In this document: positions 35,700 to 38,149 of the stretch, in pieces
How the letters are laid out: each line of letters starts with the position of its first letter
How positions within the stretch are numbered: the stretch's first letter is position 1
Assembly (NCBI RefSeq): GCF_001194135.2
Contig: NC_068995.1
Coordinates: 30,041,588-30,079,736, forward strand
From: Octopus bimaculoides
Lineage: Eukaryota
Reading direction: 5' to 3'
Length of the DNA stretch: 38,149 nt
Position numbers and translations under genes: made by a program
The notes under the pieces: model-generated
Database searches by the model: none
Seen by the model: only the letters and a program-made list of their open reading frames with translations
What the model was told of the DNA's origin: nothing

Positions 35700-36060
35700 T
35701 TTTAGCTGATAAACATTTATTTTCAGCTAATAACTGTGAAACAAAATGCTACGTATGGCTTTCAGAAGATCCCTTTAAAAAGAGATTCTCGCAACATATT
35801 TATATATTCAACTACCCAGAAGGAGCTTCACCATATAATTATCCAAGCATATCTGGAATTTAAAGAATGACAATACTAACAATCGTATAAACGGTTGGTC
35901 CCTTATATAACTCGCGACCATACATTAAGTCTGCCGAAGGCTGTATTTTCTGTCTTTCAGAAACATACTCTCATACTACAACGTTCACAGTTTTGAATAA
36001 AAGATCGGAATTGGTAAATTCTTCCAAACATTTCCATCGATATTTATTGAAAATCTTTAA
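35700..36060 (+). mobile_element. Penelope-like GIY-YIG endonuclease remnant 4
   Basis: TKCYVWLSEDPFKKRFSQH...LSKHIWNLKND...C.FCLSE...VLNKRSELVNSSKH, read across frameshifts. Confidence 0.8.
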
Positions 36061-36455
36061 GTATCAGCTGGTTAAAATACTTTATTTCCCACATAATGAA
36101 TTTTCCATACTCTGAAAGATGGCTATATAATATTTAGCTATTACTCAACGCTAGAACCTCATTAATAATAGACACCTCCCTTATTTCGTATGTTTTATAC
36201 ATGTAATTATATATGTTTTTCATGTGAATAGATGAATATCTGACGTGTTCTTACACATGATAATTGAATAACGAATGTGTAACGTAGTTTCTATCGATTT
36301 TTCGACAATGAAATCTCGATGATCATTCATATTTCAGTGTGTTTACGAAGATACTCGTCAGTATATTGTCATGCTGTTCCCCAACTCAGATTTACGATTC
36401 AAGAAGTTTCGGTTTATTATAATAATAAGAAGAAGGAGGAGGAGAAAAAGAAGAA

Positions 36456-36456
<1 letters not shown>

Positions 36457-36509
<53 letters not shown>

Positions 36510-36535
36510 TATCATTTATTATTATTATTTATCAT
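36457..36535. repeat. (TTA)n microsatellite
   Basis: Seen directly in the sequence. Confidence 0.95.
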
Positions 36536-36809
36536 TTATTATTGTATGTACATATTTCTTATGCATATCTTATAGAAAGAGAGATAGGGAGGGAGAATAA
36601 GTAGAAAGTGAAAGCAAAAATGTATTGTTTCGTTAGTTATATACATCTAATGATTCTGCCTGGTCATTTATAGTTGTCAGTTTAACCCTTGCGATAATCC
36701 GTTCATAATTCCACGTCTATTTGTATAGTTTGTATAGTCTTATGCGTGTCGAAATGGAATTTGTTGAATAACATTAAAGATTTATCAATGTTGGCTTTTG
36801 CGTTTATTA

Positions 36810-37034
36810 TCTTTTATCTTTTACTTGCTTCAGTCATTTGACTGCGACCATGCTGGGGCACCGCCTTGAAGGGTTTTAGTCGAATAAATTGACCCTAAGA
36901 GTTAGTTTTTTGTTTCTAAACGTGTACTTATTTTATCGGTCTCTTTTGCCGAACCGCAAAGTTACGGAGGCGTAAACACAACCACACCGGTTGTCAAGCG
37001 GTTGTGGGAGACAAACACAGACACAAACACATAG

Positions 37035-37099
<65 letters not shown>

Positions 37100-37225
37100 T
37101 ATATTTATATATTCAGTTTCCGTCTACCAAAATCTACTCACAAGGCTTTGGTCGGCTCGAGGCTATAGCAGAAAACATTTGCCCAAAGTCCCACGCTGTG
37201 GGACTGAACCCAGAACCATGCGCCT
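36810..37225 (-). mobile_element. SINE family A, near full length with central (CA)n
   Basis: Contains both halves seen separately elsewhere in the window. Confidence 0.82.
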
Positions 37226-37529
37226 ATTATTATTTTTTGAATTTTACTGAGAATGCGTTTTAATTTAGCATGAGGATTCGTCGTCGATCAGTAATTCTAA
37301 TATCGATTCCCATACTTTAAGGACAGCATTTTCTACCGAGTCTTGTATTTGGGAGCATGGGTAATGTCAGCTCATAGTCTCAGTTTACATGTGTATAGTC
37401 GGACGATTTTAAAAGTTTGTAAATGTCACTTGGCCAATCATTAATGTTATCGATGCATGATTACTGGATTTTTTAAAAACTTATAAATGCATTTTTGGCA
37501 CTTTAAATGTCTTCTACTACTACTGCATC

Positions 37530-37625
37530 GTGTCAACCAAAGCCTTGTGAGTGGATTTCGTAGACTGAAGCTGAAAGAAGTTCCTTGTGTATGTGTGTGT
37601 GTGCACACGCAGTTTATACACGTAT
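37530..37625 (+). mobile_element. SINE family A internal fragment
   Basis: CCAAAGCCTTGTGAGTGGATTT...CTGAAAGAAG followed by (GT)n. Confidence 0.7.
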
Positions 37626-37662
37626 GTGTGTGCGTCTATATATATATTTATCTATCGTTAAG

Positions 37663-37952
37663 CTAGCATGACAGTCCAGAGAAATAGAACGAATGCTGCC
37701 GTTGATTAACTTCGAGAGATCATCGCTCTAGCTAGCAATGTGACACAAATCTGTGTCCATTACAACCGTCGAACAGGGGAGGTCATCAGCTTCCCCTTGC
37801 TGAATGTTGAAACAAGGGGAAGCTGATGCCCTCTCCTGTTCGAAGATTGTAATGGACACAGGTTTGTGTGTCAGATAGCTAGCTAGAGGCAATGGCCTCT
37901 CGGAGCTAATCAACGGCAGCATTCGTCCTATTTCTCTGGACTGCCATGTTAG
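37663..37952. mobile_element. Foldback/MITE-like element: ~140-bp imperfect inverted arms with a 13-nt loop
   Basis: Arms 37663-37799 and 37813-37952 are reverse complements with scattered, mostly transition, mismatches. Loop CTGAATGTTGAAA. Weaker symmetry continues into the TA-rich flanks. Confidence 0.85.
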
Positions 37953-38149
37953 TTTGGCGATAAATATTAAATATTAATACCCAGTACTGCTGCAGTAGTC
38001 TCCTTTAGAGAGATTTAGAAATAATAATATTTATATATTGCTGTGTCTGGGGAGAGTCATTCTCCTTTAGTGCTTTATTATTTAACACACTCACCGATAA
38101 AGTTTCCACTCATTTACTTGTATATGTATATATATATATATATATATAT

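Noticed and set aside
36108-36150. Possible hammerhead downstream of Penelope remnant 4 (CTGAAAGA TGGCTA...TAGCTA)
   Set aside because: The GAAA half of the core is absent.

Overview
This window is AT-rich, microsatellite-rich animal genomic DNA from a gapped draft assembly (8 N-runs). The SINE families resemble those I associate with octopus or other coleoid cephalopods; that is inference from memory, not a database result. I found no intact host gene, prokaryotic operon or CRISPR array. The window is mostly decayed transposons: four Penelope-like (RT + GIY-YIG) remnants, three R4/Dong-like REL-endonuclease LINE remnants (two abutting (AAT)n tracts), an L1/Tx1 endonuclease fragment, hAT, MULE and Tigger/pogo transposase remnants, an LTR with tRNA-Trp primer-binding sites, a Helitron 3' end, several MITE/foldback elements and many SINE copies. 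The most notable structures are hammerhead-ribozyme motifs: a trio at 34.75-35.16 kb (one with an intact core) and one at 4.87-4.91 kb on the 3' side of a Penelope element. Also notable are a ~290-bp foldback, a duplicated PBS next to a hairpin insertion, and a 92-bp inverted duplication that includes transposon flank. Most long ORFs in the supplied track are artefacts of N gaps or microsatellites. Element boundaries are approximate unless stated otherwise.
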